From Azolla caroliniana (lineage: Eukaryota > Plantae > Polypodiophyta), in assembly GCA_043228905.1 (NCBI GenBank), contig JBHGNT010000292.1, positions 1 to 38,747 of the forward strand: 38,747 nucleotides of DNA, read 5' to 3'. The notes under the pieces were generated by a model that made no database searches, was not told where the DNA came from, and saw nothing but the letters and a program-made list of their open reading frames with translations. The translations under genes were made by a program, and so were the position numbers. Numbering within the stretch: the stretch's first letter is position 1; every line of letters starts with the position of its first letter. Positions 1 through 11,261 of this stretch are shown one piece after another.

Positions 1-888
1 AATGTATCCCTTAAAAGGGTCGTTACGCAAGATATAACTTTTGGGCTATCCTACGATGAAACCTTTCAGTTGTGAGTGGCGGTGAATGGAATGCCAAGGG
101 ATATAATGCTAGCAACGACTATCCAAAACGTTAAATGCTTTAAACTGTCACTCCTTGAAGAAATGAATCTCGAGAGTAAAGGCCTTTGGTTTGGAGGTGA
201 AGCACTCAATAACAAAATGGTTTTGAAGAGGAAGAATTGTATGAGTTGAGAAAGAGATGGAGGGATTGTTGATGTGGACGCTGAAAATAAAGGGCTTGTC
301 GTTCAGAGATGGAATGCAGCAATGTCGTTCTGAAGAGCAAAACCACATGAGTCGATGAAGAGATGGAGCACTCGTTGGTTTCCTTTCAAAGTGTAAAACA
401 CACAAAAGAAAGGGGCAAGGGAGAGGGAAAAGGCAAGAAGATCCTTAGAAGCAGGTAGACTAGGGTCGTCAGAGACAATGTCAAAAGTAAAGAGGATACA
501 AGACATAGTGAAGGAAGTAGTGGAAAGAGTTTGCAGAAAGGATAGAGAATTGTGGAGATATTTTATTTGCAAGGATAGGGAACAGTTGGCACTAAAGCCA
601 AATTGATGCTTTCTCTTTCTTTATTTTTAGATAGAAAAGCATAGTTGATGCTTCATATTACAAAAAATGGTTTGCCCCATACTCAAGTAGATCAACACCG
701 ATCTTGGTAAGTTAATTCATAGTTGACTTTCTGTTTTGCTAATGATAACTTCACTCTTTTTCTTGTTGCTCTGCCTAGTTTTTATATCTCCCATGCATTC
801 CCCTTGTTCATTCTCTCATGTGCTGCAACTTAAATATCTCCCACACATCTGCGCATCCTCTCGTCTGCACATCTGCATTCCATCTCCA

Positions 889-1240
889 TGAGCCCTTCCC
901 AAGCCCATGTTCTGTCTTCTTCCACAAACTCCCCCCATGCTGATGATCCACCTATTTCCGCAAGCCCTCTTGGGCTGATGTTCTGTCAGTTTCTGCGAGT
1001 CCTTTCCGGGCTGATGTTCTGTCTGCCTCTGCAAGCCCTTTCCAAGCCGAAGTCCTGTCTTCCCCCACAGGCCCTTTTTGGACTGATGTTCTTTCTGCTT
1101 CTACAGCTCATTCCAGGCAGATATCCCATCCGTTTTTGTGAGCCTGCTCACTCTGGGCTGATGTTCTATCCGCTTTCTCGAGCCCACTCTGAGCCAATGT
1201 TCCATCGGCTTCTGCAAGCCCATTCTAGGCCAAATTCCCT
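889..1240. repeat. Degenerate ~36-bp minisatellite (about 10 units) in a GC-richer block, possibly an LTR-retroelement remnant
   Basis: Units such as gcaagccctcttgggctgatgttctgtcagtttct (960), gcgagtcctttccgggctgatgttctgtctgcctct (995) and acaggccctttttggactgatgttctttctgcttct (1067). They produce the 12-aa periodicity in ORF 888..1457. Confidence 0.7.
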
Positions 1241-1730
1241 GCCCACTTTTGTGAGACATCTTTGTGATCCATCTACCTTTATGAGACTTCTCTGGGCCAT
1301 TGCCCAGTTCACTTTTGCAAGTCCATTCCTGGTTGATGTCTCATCTGGTTCATTTAGGAATTGGCTGGACATCTTGATCACACATAGGAATGCAGTTCGG
1401 GAGTTCCATCTTCGGCATACACAAACCTTGCTCCTGGAAGCCGGTGTGCTAGAGTAGGAGATGACGTCACTGCCACCAAGTAGACTGCATTGTTGTGACA
1501 GTTTGTAAACTATGGTTATATTTTATTTCATAGTCTATTTTGAGAACCACTATTTTTAGGTAAATAAGTATAGTTCATGCTTCAAACTATGTAATGTATA
1601 ACAATTGAGTTTCCTCCCTAGAGACAAGGTGAAGGTTTTTCTTGTAATACATTGTTGTCAATGTTTTATATCTACATAAATTTTATCCATAAATTTAGGA
1701 GAAAAATAACTGAAGTTTTATTAGTCATCA

Positions 1731-1999
1731 TGTAGATTAATACGCATATTGCAAGGCATAGAAATGCCTCTTTCATAGAAGGCATTATTTGGGACTTGTT
1801 TAAAGGTAGTAAATGAAATGCATTTTTACGTCGTGTTTGTATACATGCATTATATATGCATATTGTGTAGATTAATATGCATATTGCAAGGCATAGAAAT
1901 GCCTCTTTTATAGAAGGCATTATTTGGAACTTGTTTAAAGGTAGTAAATGAAATGCATTTTTACATTGTGTTTGTATACATGCATTATATATATATATG
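1731..1999. repeat. Tandem duplication, 2 x ~135 bp, followed by a (TA)n microsatellite (~2006-2032)
   Basis: tgtagattaat..gcaaggcatagaaatgcctc..gtatacatgcattatatat starts at 1731 and again at 1866, with few differences. Confidence 0.9.
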
Positions 2000-2004
2000 T
2001 GTTG

Positions 2005-2035
<31 letters not shown>

Positions 2036-2342
2036 GTTACAATTACTTAACAGACTTGCTTTAATGATGACTTTAGACGATAATAGGGAAAACTATTTGT
2101 TGAATTCAATACTATTTTATCATCTTCATGGTCCTCAATTTTTTTTTGTCATTACTTGTGACTATGTGGTAGTTATACAATTTATAAAGTTGCAATTTCA
2201 AATAAAAGAAGCAATGCCAAAATAAACTATAAAATGACATTTTTATGAAAATAAATTCTACTAAGTAACATTAGAATCATAAATACCAGTAAGCCACAAG
2301 ATGTGTCCTTCAAAGTTATTCTAACCAGTAAATCTGCCTACT

Positions 2343-2460
2343 GGACATAAATTACATGAATGAATATAACAATACCACATTCATAAGCACTAAATCTACC
2401 CTACACATCTGACTTTAACATAATAGGACATAAATTTCATGAATGAACATAACAATATCA
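2343..2460. repeat. Short direct repeat (~35 bp, 83-bp spacing)
   Basis: ggacataaattacatgaatgaatataacaatac (2343) vs ggacataaatttcatgaatgaacataacaatat (2426). Confidence 0.7.
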
Positions 2461-3420
2461 TAATGGAATCATCTGTATACTTCAACACAGCATGCATAAC
2501 CATGAAAGAGATATATTGACACAAAAGAACTATCAAAAACTAAAAGTGAAATACTAGAGGATTTAAAAATTGAAAACAGGTTACAGTGATAAGATTGGAT
2601 GCAACTGCGTTGGAGTAGAGAATAGCTGTGTAAATTATTTTTTAATCATCCACTGCAAAAAATCGAAGGTAAAAAAGGTTGAAAGATCAAACCTGAAATT
2701 GTTCTTTTTTTCATGGTGCGGAAATCGGCCCCAGCTTCTTGTTTTTCGCAAGGGATTGACCAGCCCCTAACTGTCCTGTCCACTGGCAATGTTGTCTGGG
2801 ATCTCCTCATCCTATTTGAACCATCTGATGTTTGATGGGCATTTGCGACACCATTTCACATCTCCCCCCACTTTTCCAGCTTTCCTTGTGATTATGGATT
2901 TAAGCATTTTTATTGAGTGAAACAATTTCACTATTACAACTTATATTACATATATGAACTATTTATTTCATGTCAATTCATAAATTTTTTACATCTAGAT
3001 GAGTAAATATATTACAATCTACAATTCTTCATCTTCTATATCCTTTACAAAGAGTTTACAGGGAAAATCTTGCACAGATTCCCAAGACGATAGACTTACC
3101 CCAATTATGTATTTTATTATAGCAAATGTATACTGTTATATATTAATATGATTCAGATTTAGGGCTGTTGCCTGAATTGGAAAAACAAATACTTATCACC
3201 TAGAATGTATAATCTGTCTACAAATTTAAGTATATGATAGAACCTAAGATTGGAGATTTTGGGATCAAGCTAAACTTGCATGTAGTAAGTCAAATAATCT
3301 TGAAAAATGTGAACAGAGATATTGTAGAAGTTTTATCAGTCAACTTCTTGGAAATTTATCAGTTATGTCACATGATTGTGGCTCTATTGTCCTCCTTTCT
3401 TATATCTGTTCTGTCTGCAG

Positions 3421-5491
3421 GCATGGCTTTTAGCCCTGGTGTTTCTTCCATCTCGATCACATATGGCAGTTCGCGTGGGCATTGTGGCTTTTCTGACAGT
3501 AGTAACTATATGCTTCCTTCCGCGCAGGACGTGGCAAGTATGCTTAACAGATTGAAATCCAAACAATTTAGTTTCATTGAAGTATTTAAGAGTTAGAAAT
3601 ACCAAAATTTGCACCACATTTATCTCTATATCTCACATCACCTGGACCTGAACAAGAACTATTTTTCAAATGCAAGAGAATGCAAATTAGTAATAATAAT
3701 GTAGTTCATGGTAGGATTGTAAATTGCAGTATATAGGGCCTGTTAGCTTTCCAAAGAACGTTATCTACATTTAGCTTTACTACATTCTGTCTGTGTCTGC
3801 AACTCAAAGTGAAGGGGTATAGTTTTTTATTGCAGATGCTGTCTTTTGCTTTGCTGTCATGTAAAATAATATTTCTATTTTTCTTGCAGGATCAACTAGG
3901 AAGAATGGCATTCTTTTCTGGTTTACTTCTTTTAATGGTTTCGTTTGGAACAGATGGTGTGCCTCCTCTAGTTCAGACACGGACGCCACCACCAGCAATG
4001 TCTTCGCTTCCAGCGATACCCCCAAAACTGGGGGGCTATTCATATGTAATGTGGAAGTTTGGGCCCTTTCAACTAACTAGGAAAGGCTTGACACTGGGCA
4101 TCACTGCTGCATGCTTATCCTTCACTGTGAGAATTCTTATCTGCTTATCCATCATCGTTTACTGCAGGTTTTCTTTATTTCAAAAATTCAATGCTGGAAA
4201 AAAGTACAGTTTCCTTTAACTTCGATGCAAAAGAAAATACATTTAATGTACCTTCTGTATTGAGAAGATGTACTGTTGTATAGGTGCTTCAAAGTGCAAG
4301 TTTGTGCCTAGCAACAACTATGCCTGAACATTTAGCGGCAGGTCTGCGATGGTACTTGTCCCCATTTATATGGTTGAAAGCCCCTGTAGATGAGCTAGTT
4401 CTCACACTCCTCCTTTCACTTCGTTTTATTGGACTGGTCTTTGATGAGGTAAGCAAAAGATTTAGTTATGTAACAATGGGCTACTAGAAAATATGCTTTA
4501 TGTGAGATTCGTCTATTTTTTATTTACAGGTTCGAAACATAGCACTAGGAATAGTGGCTCGAGGAGTCATGTGGAAGAAACTAACCTTGCTAGAAGTAGT
4601 AGATGGTAGGTTTTATTGTGAGTTCCACAATTTCCACATTTTGTCTCTGGAAAAAGTTGCTTGACGTATTCTAATTCTTCGGGGCCATAACCCATGTGCA
4701 TGGATGTTACATTTGCATCCTTCTTCGCATACCCTATCTATTAAAAACAAACCTTAGAAGGGAAAGGAGGTATCATATAGCCTGAAATAGGCTGAAATGC
4801 TTTTAATGGATTTCTGAAATCTCAAAGAGTTCAAATTCTCTAAAAGTATTTTTTTATGCTAACATCTATGCTGTATAATCCAAGTATGTGATTGTTGTGC
4901 TTTATGTATATCACTTTCAACCCCATGTTCTATAGCCATCCAAGCTTGTACCTAGTTTCTGTAATATTTTTCATAAATCCTAAATGTAATTCAGTATGAA
5001 GAAATATTACATGTGCTATTTAATTTTTCTAATTTTAGATTTTCTGTGCTTTCTATTATTGGTGTACAATTTCATAGTTAATCAGCATTCTTCCTCTTTT
5101 CTGAAACAAATAAAAAACTAATGATGTTGTCATTCTTATTTGCAGTATTCTTTATGTTCTTTGGGCGTATTTTCAAAAACCTCTTTAATCATGCAGAGCA
5201 AATAGCTCAGGTAGGCTCAAATAGTGCTGTGCTCTTTGTCTTATGCAAACTGCATATGTTCAAATATTCCTACAAATCATGGTATGGTCGGTTGTGAAAA
5301 TCACATAGTTCTTGACGGATTTACTCATTCTCTTGCAGGCCATGATTGCTCGGGGGTATAGGGGAAATCCAACAACACATAAAATTTATTTTTTGGCAAA
5401 ATTTTCATTGAAAACACAAGACTACTTAGCAATTGTAGTCTTGGCTGTACTCATAGGGATGGGCCTGCTCTCAGAAGCCATATTATGCTGA
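3421..5491 (+). CDS. ABCI12: Plastid ECF-type/CbiQ-like transporter transmembrane subunit (ABCI12 homolog), 5'-partial
   Basis: GT-AG exons 3421-3537, 3890-4126, 4284-4448, 4530-4605, 5146-5210, 5339-5491 join in frame: AWLLALVFLPSRSH..DQLGR..QTRTPP..GPFQLTRKGL..LQSASLCLATT..LLLSLRFIGLVFDEVRNIALGIVARG..IFKNLFNHAEQIAQAMIARGYRG..stop. This matches Arabidopsis ABCI12 as I recall it. No upstream exon was found in 1-3420, so the 5' exons probably lie outside the window. Confidence 0.9.
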
Positions 5492-7610
5492 TAATTATGG
5501 ATTCTTAAAGGGGCTCCTACTCGTCTTTGTTATGCATCATGATATAACTCTTTAGATGAGAATGGCGTACTCTTAGCAAATGCATCATACCCTATGTTGC
5601 CTCCAAGGCTTGAATACCATATGATGCATCGATTGAGACTATTGAGTTACTGATTATGAATGCATCAACGAAGTGCATAATTGGCAGAAATGAAGGTACA
5701 TTCAGTTCTGAATGTTGCTCACTATGTATGTAGTCGGGTTCAAGTCTCATGATATGTATACCAATTTAATAAATGCCACCGGAATGATGGGTTTAACGCA
5801 AGACCAATTTAATCTCCGTTGTCAACTTTTCCAATTGGGTAACAACACTTTCTCCCTCTCTTTGACAACATTCTCATCTCAATGGCCTAGATAATTTTGG
5901 TTGATACCAAGGCCTCATAGATGTGTATTGATAGCAATACTACGTGCATAAGCCCCAATTGAATGAGCTAAATGGATACGAACTGTTAAGTTTTCAGATA
6001 AAGCTAAGGTTGGAAGTGAAATGGTGTCTCACATAATAATACTTTTCTTTGGAAGAGAGAGTTAAAAATAGAATCTTTATCATCCATGTTGAGGAGCTCA
6101 TTTGGCATATGGGGTTGAGATTTTAATGAATCTTGTATGTTTTTTCTTGCTAAGAAGTGTTTGCTACTGAGTAGCAATAATCCCCCTTCTTAGCTAAATA
6201 ATAATAATGCATTCATATTTTGCTCAACCTTATAGACAATCCTCTATGGCACCTAAGATATGGTGTTAGATTGATAGATTTGTATGAGATCATACCAATA
6301 ATAATTGTAAATATGATGCCATATGCCAATGGAGAGGACATTCCTAGAGCATGTGGTATGTTATAACATCACCTAGAGTGGGTAACCCTTGACGCCATAA
6401 CACAATGGAGAGGGTCTTCATTTAGAATGTGGGAAGTATAAAGAATTTACACGAACATCTATCTTGACATACAAACATGGATTTGATCGCACATTTCAAG
6501 CTCCTTGATCAAATATTAATCAAGGCCTTGAATTTGCTCATTATTTTACATTACAATAACAATGATTTGAAGAGATACAATTCAATGAAAAGTTTGTGAA
6601 AATGATTGTATGCTTAATGAAGGCAAAGGTGTACTCATCTTCACTTTGTAATGCCAATGATAATGTGGTGACCTTGACCACATGTGATCTACTATGGCAA
6701 GGCCAAGATGCTTAGAACTTATTGGGTAGAGGTTAATTTATAGTTCATGGAACTTGAGGGTTGCAAGGATAACAGGTCGCCATAGGTCCAACATTTCGAT
6801 TTCATCCCATCCTAGGTAGGAACCTCTTTGTCATTTTTCAATTTCGTGTGAGCGTGTGGTTGTGATTTTATGGTAATAGTAGTAGTCGAAACTTTAAACT
6901 TGGGAAAATAGATTTTAAGCAAAAAAACCCTACCGGAAGCAACAAGGAATGAAATGTTGTGGACATTGAGTGTTCATAGTGTGAAAGTCATTTGCTATAT
7001 TCATATTGTCCATTCCATTTAGATGATTTTATTCTCTTCATTTGATCGTTTACGTAGGGAATTTGTAACTAATTATTGCCCTATCTTGTTATAATCAAAA
7101 TGCAAAGACATGACATTTGTTGCATTTGTTTTGTTCATAACAACATTTTTTAGAGTATTTGTATTTCCATCACGTGTCTAATGGAGTAACTTACACTGTT
7201 CCGTTTTCCTCATTGGACTATTTAGGCAGGGAAGCCACAACTAATAATTGTGACAACTTCTCGAAGGCATAATGATAAACAAGATAACATAAACGTAATG
7301 AAAAAGGGAATGAACTAAAAACTCTAACTTATTATACTATACGAAACTCCCTTGGGTGCCCTTGTTGGTATGGGGATACATATATATCCCTCACAAGAGA
7401 AGTGTGGATGGGCTTGATACCCACTCATGCATTGCAATGTTCGTGAAAGAGAGAGTGTAAAAGAATTTTTGCACATATTAGCCCTCCCTTGATACAAAGT
7501 AGGGGTAGTTTTTAGAATTCCCCAAAACCATGAAATGATGAAGATTTAGTTGTCCAAATTATTCAGCCATAATACAGTTTTTTCATACGAAGTGACTGAG
7601 ATGAGACTCC

Positions 7611-10088
7611 ATGTTCTCTTCCACAGACACCAAGTCCTTGTGGGGCCCATCCAACTCCTTCGGAAACCCTGCATCTCTGAAGCTCTGTCTATGGCCATCT
7701 TTAAAGATAAACCCTAATTCCTCAGACTTCAGGCACAGACAAACTGGAAAACCTTGCTGGGTCCATGCTGGGTCCAACCCACCGTTTGCCAGAAACGAGT
7801 TGAAGGAGCTCAGCTTGCTTCATTCCACTGGCAAGCTGGTTTTTGATAACGGGCTTCCGAAGAAATTGCGGTTCCATGATCATGTTAGGATTTTGAATCT
7901 CATAAAGTCATGCCAGAAAGGGAAGAACATATGGAAAACTCGACGAATACATGCAGATGTTCTTGAAAGAAACTTGATTGCAAAGGATGTTTACATTGCC
8001 AATGCTCTTATCACAACATATGGCAAGTGTGGTTCACTTCAAGAAGCACTGGAGGTATTTGAACAGATTCCATTGCGGAATGTAGTGTCATGGAATGCCC
8101 TCATTGCAGGATATACCCAAAATGGGGTCGGTGATGAAGCACTGAAATTATTCAAACAAATGAAGGATGCAGGAATCCGTCCAGATGCTGTAACTTATAC
8201 TTGCATTTTGAAAGCTTGTGGAAGCATAGGGTCTCTGGAGATCGGGGAAGGAATAGATGCTGAGGTTAGAGAGCAAGGGTTATTGGAAAAAGATGTTGTG
8301 CTCAGTACTGCATTGTTGGACATGTATTCTAAATGCGGGGTTCTTGATAAAGCACGAGAAGTATTTGAGCAACTTTCAGAGAGGAATGTTGTGTGTTGGA
8401 ATGCCTTAATTGCTGGATATGCTCAAAATGAGCTTGGTTATGAGGCGCTGAAATGCTTCAAACAGATGCAAAATGAGGGTATAGATCCAGATGCAGTAAC
8501 TTTTATCTGCATTTTGAAAGCTTGTGGCATGGTAGGGTCTCTAGAGATTGGGGATAATATTGGTGTGAAAGTCAGAGAGAAAGGGTTCTTGCAGAAGGAT
8601 ATCATGCTAGGAAATGCATTACTGGACATGTATTTTAAGTGTGGTGCAATTGAAAAAGCACAGGAAGTGTTTGAGCAGCTTCCAGTACAAGATATTGTAT
8701 CTTGGAATGCCCTCATTTCTGGATATTGCCAAAATGGTTTTGGTGATGAAGCATTGAAGATTTTCAGACAAATGAAAAGTGCACGAGTTTGTCCTGATGT
8801 TATAACTTATATCTGCATTTTGAAAGCTTGTGGCCTTGTGAAGTCTTTAGAGATGGGGGAAAATGTATATGTTGAAGTCAAAATGCAAGGGTTATTGGAG
8901 AAAGATATCGTGCTTGGAACTGCATTGTTGGATATGTATTCTAAGTGTGGTGCAATGGGGAATGCAAGAGAAGTGTTTGAGCAACTTGCAGTGCGGGATG
9001 TTGTGACTTGGAATGCCATGATTTCGGGTTATAGCCAAAATGGACTCGGTGATGATGCGTTGAAATGCTTCAGAGAATTGAAAGATGCAGGAGTCAGTCC
9101 AAATGCAGTAACTTATATTTGTGTTTTGAAAGCTTGTGGCATTGTGGGGTCTCTAGATATCGGGGAAGAGATAGATGCCAAAGTTCGAGAGAAAGGGTTA
9201 CTGAAGAAAGATGTTACTCTTGGCAATGCATTGGTTGACATGTACTCCAGATGTGGTGTGTTGGAGAAAGCAGAAGAAGTGTTTGAGCAGATTCCAGAGC
9301 GTAATGTTGTGGCTTGGAGTTCCCTTATTACTGGATATGCCCTGAATGGGCTTGGCAATGAAGCATTGAAATGTTTCAAGCGAATGAAAGTTGCAGGAGT
9401 GTGTCCAGATGAGGTAACTTATGTCTGCATTTTGAAAGCATGTGGCATTACGGGGTCTCTAGAGGTCGGAGAAGATATAGTTGCTGAAGTCAGAAATCTA
9501 GGTTTGTTGCAGAACAACGTTGTACTTGGCACTTCATTTGTGGACATGTATTCAAAGTGTGGTGTGTTGGAGAAAGCACGTGAATTATTTGAGCAACTTC
9601 CTTTGCGGGATGTTGTTTCTTGGAACACCCTGATCTCTGGATATGGCCAGTTCGGTCAAGCTAGTGTAGTTTTTGACCTATATGTGACAATGAGGGCTGA
9701 AAATATTGTTCCAAATTCAGCTACCTTCATTGTTTTGTTGAATGTGTGTAGTCATGTAGGTCTGATTCAGGAGGGAGAAAAGTTGTTTGATGAAATGTGT
9801 ACTGTCCATTGTCTCACCCCAACAATAGATCACTACACTTGTATGGTTGATCTATTTGGCCGTGCAGGGCTCTTTGACAAGATTAATGTGTTTCTTAATG
9901 GTGTTCCCCATTTATGCCATCTTCCACTATTCCAAAGCATATTGGGTTCTTGTAGAAAATGGAGAAATGTAAAGCTTGGGAGATGGGCATTTGAACAATC
10001 AGTGCAATTGGATGAAAAGTGTGCTCCTGCATATATCTGTATGGGAAATATATATGCAACAGCTGGAATGCAAACAGAAGCAGAATGA
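7611..10088 (+). CDS. Intronless PLS-class pentatricopeptide repeat protein (organellar RNA-editing factor type), ending within E2
   Basis: 825-aa ORF with a transit-peptide-like N-terminus and P-L-S triplets at exactly 102 aa/306 nt spacing (W of the WNALI-type motif at about 8091, 8397, 8703, 9009, 9315, 9621). These are followed by P2-L2-S2 (HYTCMVDLFGRAG), E1 (ILGSCRKWRNVKLG) and a partial E2 (AYICMGNIYATAGMQTEAE*). Confidence 0.95.
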   Translation: MFSSTDTKSLWGPSNSFGNPASLKLCLWPSLKINPNSSDFRHRQTGKPCWVHAGSNPPFARNELKELSLLHSTGKLVFDNGLPKKLRFHDHVRILNLIKSCQKGKNIWKTRRIHADVLERNLIAKDVYIANALITTYGKCGSLQEALEVFEQIPLRNVVSWNALIAGYTQNGVGDEALKLFKQMKDAGIRPDAVTYTCILKACGSIGSLEIGEGIDAEVREQGLLEKDVVLSTALLDMYSKCGVLDKAREVFEQLSERNVVCWNALIAGYAQNELGYEALKCFKQMQNEGIDPDAVTFICILKACGMVGSLEIGDNIGVKVREKGFLQKDIMLGNALLDMYFKCGAIEKAQEVFEQLPVQDIVSWNALISGYCQNGFGDEALKIFRQMKSARVCPDVITYICILKACGLVKSLEMGENVYVEVKMQGLLEKDIVLGTALLDMYSKCGAMGNAREVFEQLAVRDVVTWNAMISGYSQNGLGDDALKCFRELKDAGVSPNAVTYICVLKACGIVGSLDIGEEIDAKVREKGLLKKDVTLGNALVDMYSRCGVLEKAEEVFEQIPERNVVAWSSLITGYALNGLGNEALKCFKRMKVAGVCPDEVTYVCILKACGITGSLEVGEDIVAEVRNLGLLQNNVVLGTSFVDMYSKCGVLEKARELFEQLPLRDVVSWNTLISGYGQFGQASVVFDLYVTMRAENIVPNSATFIVLLNVCSHVGLIQEGEKLFDEMCTVHCLTPTIDHYTCMVDLFGRAGLFDKINVFLNGVPHLCHLPLFQSILGSCRKWRNVKLGRWAFEQSVQLDEKCAPAYICMGNIYATAGMQTEAE

Positions 10089-10578
10089 ATGAAAGAAAGA
10101 AATATTAACGTCTTTAAAGAAGCCAAAATGGCCTAGACAACCAAAAAACATCTTAAAATCATGTCATGTATTTGAGAACAACAAACCAAATTAAATGTAA
10201 CGAAGTGAAAAAGTAAATAGAAATAGAATAAGACATGACTGAAGAATGTCGTCATTCATACATGTAAGATTCTCAAGTTAGATATATTGTAATTTTGTTT
10301 TCGAAATATCACTAGCATAGGTCAATCCAGAATGGAGAGGCCTCCGAAATGAGGGAAGCACATGTGATGTAGGAGATGATGGCTTTTATCTGTTGATGAC
10401 ATGGGTGGTGAGATCGTGGTCCACAAGGCCGTGGCCTACTTGCACGGAAAATTGCTATTGCCTGATCTATTGTAACCCCTTTGCAATGTCCTGGTCAGAA
10501 GCCCTCTTGTGTAGCCTCTTGATTGACTTGTAGCTTGAGTAGGAGTGATGGGGTTAAAGAAAGTTGTGATTGTGCTTT
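10085..10578 (-). mobile_element. 5'-truncated LINE 3' fragment (494 bp) inserted in the PPR gene, flanked by a GCAGA duplication
   Basis: Begins with the reverse complement of the family tail (atgaatgaaagaaagaaatattaacgtctttaaagaagccaaaatggcc). GCAGA occurs at 10080-10084 and 10579-10583. The body matches the copies at ~34290-34410 and ~37560-37995. Confidence 0.85.
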
Positions 10579-11013
10579 GCAGATAGAATTGAAAGTACGA
10601 GAGTGAAAAATAAATCATGGAATCAATACAAGGGAATTGCTGGTAGACTGATATTGATAAGAATGTCCATTCGTTTGGTGTAGCTGATCAGGGCCATCCT
10701 GAAAATACATATTTATATGTAAAGATGGAAGAGATTCATGAGGGACTAGCTCAAAGGGGTTATTCCTAAGGTTTGCATTGTATTATATCAAAGGTTGTTA
10801 CAGATCATTAAAATGAGGTCGTGCCAGTGGCGGTAGTGAGAATCTGCTCTGATTCATGAACCTGACCGTGTGCCTATGCATATATGTACCAAGATCATGC
10901 ATATTTCTGATGTCTGACATTCTGTGGCTTCTCAATGCTACAGAAGAAGATTTAGGTAAATGATTCAAATCATGTTCTTTTTTTTTAATGTGGAACCTTT
11001 GGTTCACTGTTGA
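10579..11013 (+). pseudogene. Orphaned, decayed E2-end plus DYW (WW-type) deaminase domain of the upstream PPR gene
   Basis: Reads ADRIESTRVKNKSW / QGNCW*TDIDKNVHSFGVADQGHPENTYLYVKMEEIHEGLAQRGYS*GLH.. / GGSENL / LIHEPDRVPMHICTKIMHISDV*HS / QKKI*VNDSNHVLFF*CG. This is the PG box, HSE, CxxC and DxxRxHxF order of a DYW domain, with stops and frameshifts. Confidence 0.8.
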
Positions 11014-11261
11014 TGTTGATGAAGTCAGATGAACCTGCTGATGAGCAAGCATTTTTTCCATCCTGGCATTAATTTACAACTTGTTCATGCGAGTATATGT
11101 TTAGTTGATATCATATTGTGTAATCTCATTGACCATGTTTGAGTTATTGACTGTTAAAGACAATGTGTTATGAATAATTGTTTGCATACATATGTGTGAA
11201 TCATGGGAAAATGCTAACAGTGTTCACATTCTTGAGATGGTAGAGGCATCTATGAAAACGG

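Noticed and set aside
148-572. Minus-strand ORFs at the window start
   Set aside because: No recognisable domain. The region probably lies within an ABCI12 intron and may be TE debris.
889-1240. CRISPR-like appearance of the 36-bp repeats
   Set aside because: The units are contiguous and diverged, with no unique spacers, no cas genes and a eukaryotic context.
5500-7580. Intergenic stretch with possible retroelement debris and small hairpins
   Set aside because: No motif I could support.
8438-10126. Periodic minus-strand ORFs opposite the PPR gene
   Set aside because: These are antisense shadows of the 306-nt repeats, with no independent protein signature.
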